Assembly (NCBI RefSeq): GCF_902459465.1
Contig: NC_047074.1
Span: 372,001-436,000, forward strand
Source: Asterias rubens
Lineage: Eukaryota
Length of the DNA: 64,000 nt
Reading direction: 5' to 3'
Part shown: positions 59,933 to 64,000 of the stretch, piece after piece
Layout of the letters: each line of letters starts with the position of its first letter
Numbering within the stretch: position 1 is the first letter of the stretch
Made by a program: the position numbers and the translations under genes
Notes under the pieces: generated by a model
Databases searched by the model: none
What the model saw: only the letters and a program-made list of their open reading frames with translations
Told to the model about the DNA's origin: nothing

Positions 59933-62900
59933 ATGACGGCCGAAGTCGATTTTGATGCCGATAATTTCACCTCGCCATTCGATGATGGTGACCTAATGAC
60001 AACACTGGCACCTGGAACAACTTGTACCTTATTTGATGGACATCAGGGGAAATGTGTAAGTTTAAACTGGTTGGAGAAATTCTAAGCTGAAAAAATTAAA
60101 AATAAAAGAAACTGACTTTGGTATGGAAAGAATGTGTCATCAACTGGCCGAGGTGGGCGGCAACTCGGCCCCGGTGGTGGTTAGTGAATAGCGGACAATT
60201 TTCCTTTTTAAAAAGTTATGCAGTTATTATACTAAAAAACATGTTTTTGTTGTTGTAAAACAAATTTAAATTGAATTTGAATAACCAGAGAAGTTATGAC
60301 ATTAAATTATATTAATTTATTTGGCTATTTGTTGACAATGTTTGATGTGTGTGGAGGATCCGATGGATGTGTAGAGCACAGCGGATGAATTACCCACATC
60401 TTTATAAAAGGGGCTTGGTTTGGCACAATTTCAGAATACCCGCCACTCCTGTGTTGCAAGAATTGTGGACGCCGTTGGCAGGAGGGAGATTACGCTTTCG
60501 CAACTAGTGTTGCAGATGTGTTTGATGTGTGGTTTTCTACCTAGAGTATACGTCTTTACTTACTTAGCCATAACCAGGAACTATTTAAGTATTATTAATA
60601 ATAATATTGGGATGTTTCTCGGTGGCAGGGTATTCTGCATCACTCCTTTGCTTTTACTTTGGTCAGCGTGAATTATTATAAATAACTGATGATTTGATGA
60701 ATTTTTCAGGATGCGGTGGTTGGAGTCAAGAAAGCAATGGCAGCATTGTCGCTGGTTGGGAGGTGAGTCAACAAAATCAAAAATATTTGATGAGAAAAAT
60801 TTTAAAATTCGCCCGCCATCATTTCTGGTAATTAATTTTGAGTATGGTGGCCTAGGGATTGTGGGAGATTGTGATTTTGTGTTAAGCCATAGTTGCTAGG
60901 CATTGGCTATAGTATTGGATTATCTATTACACCTTGTTTTGTAATTGAGCAGTTGGGACTTCCATTTTGCAGTAGTGCCATTTAATCTAAACTGACTAAA
61001 AGGGAAATAAACTGACTAAAAGGAAAAGTTTGATGACCAATTAAACTTCTGTGCAGTCAAAACTTTTGTTACAAAATGTTGTAGTTTGTGATCATTGTGT
61101 TGTTTCTTGTTAATTAATTAAGGTTTGTTTCTTTTTTCCCGCAGTGTATTTATGATAGGAGTAATCTGGTTATTCAAGAAGCATGTAGTGTTTGTACAGA
61201 GACTGATTCTATATCTGACTATCGCTGCTTTCTTTGACAGTACGGCGTACTTAATGGTAAGTTTTATTCATCCTTAACTTATTCTTTAATGATTAGAAGA
61301 CTCCTTTAATGAAGATTGTATTTTGTCTTGAGAAAGGTCTCCAACATCCCTTGTTTGAAAAGTTTAGCAAAGTGTATCCGTTGCTACTCGAACGTCATAA
61401 TTTTCCAATCATTATAACCATTCAGTGTGTACTTAACTAGTTCAGTTGGAATATTTTGCTATGCAAGAATGAAATTGGTGGATGAAATCAATGAATGCAA
61501 TTGTTCCCTGCCATTGTTAGAGATCTTTGCTTGAATTGTTTTGTTAAATTTCAAAGTATAATTTTTCAGAATATAAGTGTTTTTCCAGAACTGCATTAAT
61601 TCGTTAATTATTACTCATTTCCCTGATTGTAGGCTAACGTTCAACCCGATGGTCCGCTTTGCGACTTTGAAGCTTTCTGGCTGTCTTTCTGGGGTATGTT
61701 TATTTTATTTCAAGGAATAATAATAATAATAGGTTCTTTTTTAGCATTTTATCTAAAAGGGCGTATGAAAGCACTCAGTATTTGTTCCCTACATTTGGAG
61801 CTAAGTGTTGGACTTAATCCTTTAAAGCATCATGTGTGAGCCTCAACATTTCCTGCGTAAATCAATACTAGTAAAGCTAGCTCAGTGCAATTCCTATGGG
61901 CTGCTGGTCATGAGTGGAGCCTGCTGGGTAAAGTGGGTGTGACTTACAGTGGAGTTATATCTCACTCTACAAACAGGATTTGATATTTCCAATTCAACTT
62001 CCTCTTTTGCAAATCATCAGATAACAAATGCTTACTTCCTGTGAAAAATAAAAAATGCAAAATTAAAATCAAATTTTTATGTTTGAAAAAGAGGAGTTGG
62101 CTGAAAATTTCACAGGGTTCATTTATTTTAATGCTGTTGCATATTTCTTTTTTTATTCTGGATGCATCTACAAAAATTTTGTTAAAAGTGTTGGGTTAAT
62201 TATCAGACATGATGTATCGTTCTTATGTTATGTCTTTAAAAAGTAACTTACTTTGTTGTTAAGGTGGCAAGCAATGTACTCTTCAAGAATTGTGCATAAA
62301 ATTTAAATGATTTTTGTTATTGTATATAAGGCTTATTTATGCATGAAAAGTTTTGTTTTAGAAACTGAGCTTTCAGTTTAGATTTATTATTACTTGTTTC
62401 TTTTAGAATTATACTTTTCTTTCTAGATTGGGCCGTGTTACTGTGGGTTACCTGCCTCACTGTCAACCTCTTTCTCATAGCAGTAAAAATGATAAGAACA
62501 GACCGATATGAAATGTAAGTATTACTAAAGTTTATGAATTTCATCTAAAACATAATATTCCTTTCAACCTTGACTGTTAACACTAACTTTACAAATGCAA
62601 AGAAGAGTTAATCACTGATGCTCAGACCCTTGCAGAATCTGTCTCAAAGGCTAAATGACAACACAATACACATAAATAGGTTTACTAGTGTAACAGATGA
62701 AAAGAAAGAGAGATAGGGAGAAAGCACACAGAAAAAGCAAGGTATTTTACAACTCCAAAATAGATGCAAAGTGTTTAATGCAATAAAATAGTTAACAGCC
62801 TCTTTGACCCTAGCAGAGTCTTTCTTGAAAGCTAAACAAAAATCAGAAATTTTCCCAAACTATTTGATATTACAGATGGTACCATGTGGTGTGTTGGACT

Positions 62901-64000
62901 ACAGCACTATTTGTGTCACTACTTCCATTTATTGGAGACAACTATGGGCCAGCCGGGGCCTGGTGGTGAGTAAAAATGTCTCCCTCGTGGGTCTGAATTT
63001 GAATTATATAGTTGGCAAAGCATCCAAGTGGAAACATCACACCAACTTGGTTGTGTGACAAACTTTCTGCAGAACTTGTCAGAATCTTTCCAGAAATTGA
63101 AACTGTTTCCCTTTAGACTGTTTTGAGTTCCTATACATATAAACTTACAGGTCCTAACATTTAACCCTGATGGTTCAGAGGGCTTGGTATTTTAAACCAA
63201 CAACCAACATTTCAGATTTTTCCTTAGCATCATTCTCTGCATAGCAAAAAGCAAATTAGGGCCACCGGTTGCAACAGTGTGACTTTATTGAAGTTGGGTT
63301 TGTTACCTGTGCTTCTGCTGAGCAATTTGTTTTCTGTGCTAAGCAAGTTTTTGTGCTCACAAGCTTTAAGAAATTGGGACCTGATCAGCTAATCCCCTGT
63401 ACTGTGCAAAGTTTAGTGTACTTGCCTGTTTTCTCTCATACCACAATCAAGCTGCATGTCTAATTTCTACAAATGTTTTGTTTTCTTTAGCTGGATCAAG
63501 GAGGAAGCAACTGCCTGGAGATTCTTTGTGTAAGTTGGAACAATTTCTTCTTATTCTCATACTTTATATCTTCATCTTCCTTGACTCCAACCCTTAGGAC
63601 CCAAACGCTTTACTTCAATGACATTTCTGATGTATAAATACTATTGTCTTAATTTGTTTCAGATGGTATGGGCCTTTGTTCATCATCATCATAGCAACAT
63701 TCATCATGTACAGCTACATCATCTACGTCTTAAACAAAAAGGTAAACACACTTTAGCTACCTTGGCCGCAATTCATAAAGCTGTTTAGCACAGAAAATAT
63801 TGCTTAGCAGAAACAGGGTTCCTGGCAAAATACAATGTGATGTATATTGTTTATGACTGGTTCCCTTCCGTGCCTATTGTTTGCTTAGCAGTTTTGTTGA
63901 TATTTATTTTCCTTGTTGTTTTTATCCAGGTCAAGAGTTGGCAGGGTACATACGAACCCGAGATTGAAAGAAACAGACAGATTCTGAAAGCTGAGATTCG
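59933..64000 (+). CDS. cAMP-receptor-like 7TM GPCR (Dicty_CAR / CrlA / GCR1 / GPR157-type), truncated by the window end
   Basis: Exons 59933-60055, 60710-60762, 61145-61256, 61633-61693, 62427-62514, 62876-62965, 63491-63529, 63663-63741, 63930 to >64000; all phases are compatible. TM1 VKKAMAALSLVGSVFMIGVIWLF, QRLILYLTIAA, PLCDFEAFW..WDWAVLLWVTCLTVNL, WYHVVCW..SLLPF..YGPAGAWCWI, WRFFVWYGPLF. The YGPAGAWCWI extracellular-loop motif is typical of this family. Confidence 0.85.

Overview
AT-rich, intron-containing animal genomic DNA. It is most likely an invertebrate deuterostome: the repeat families resemble ones I recall from Asterias sea stars, but I could not verify this. I reconstructed seven protein-coding genes exon by exon, with GT-AG junctions and intron phases that stay in frame. 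They are: a small stand-alone CAP-Gly protein (-), TAF6 (+), angiomotin (-), two intron-rich PLP-dependent D-cysteine desulfhydrase/ACC-deaminase-family paralogues arranged head-to-head (- and +), CWC15 (-), and a cAMP-receptor-like (Dicty_CAR/GCR1/GPR157-type) GPCR (+) that runs off the window end. Six of the seven genes form three divergent pairs. Non-coding DNA holds MITEs, tRNA-derived SINE fragments and minisatellites. The most interesting candidate system is the D-cysteine desulfhydrase pair. Both copies carry desulfhydrase (not ACC deaminase) signature residues. One has an 87-aa mitochondrial-presequence-like extension and the other lacks it. Their shared promoter contains a young foldback MITE with a 9-bp target-site duplication, and a perfect DR5 nuclear-receptor element lies next to the start codon of one copy. 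Other leads are TEAD motifs concentrated across angiomotin, angiomotin-CWC15 linkage as in human 11q21, and a four-half-site AGGTCA array at a CWC15 splice donor. All counts were made by eye; no database searches were run.
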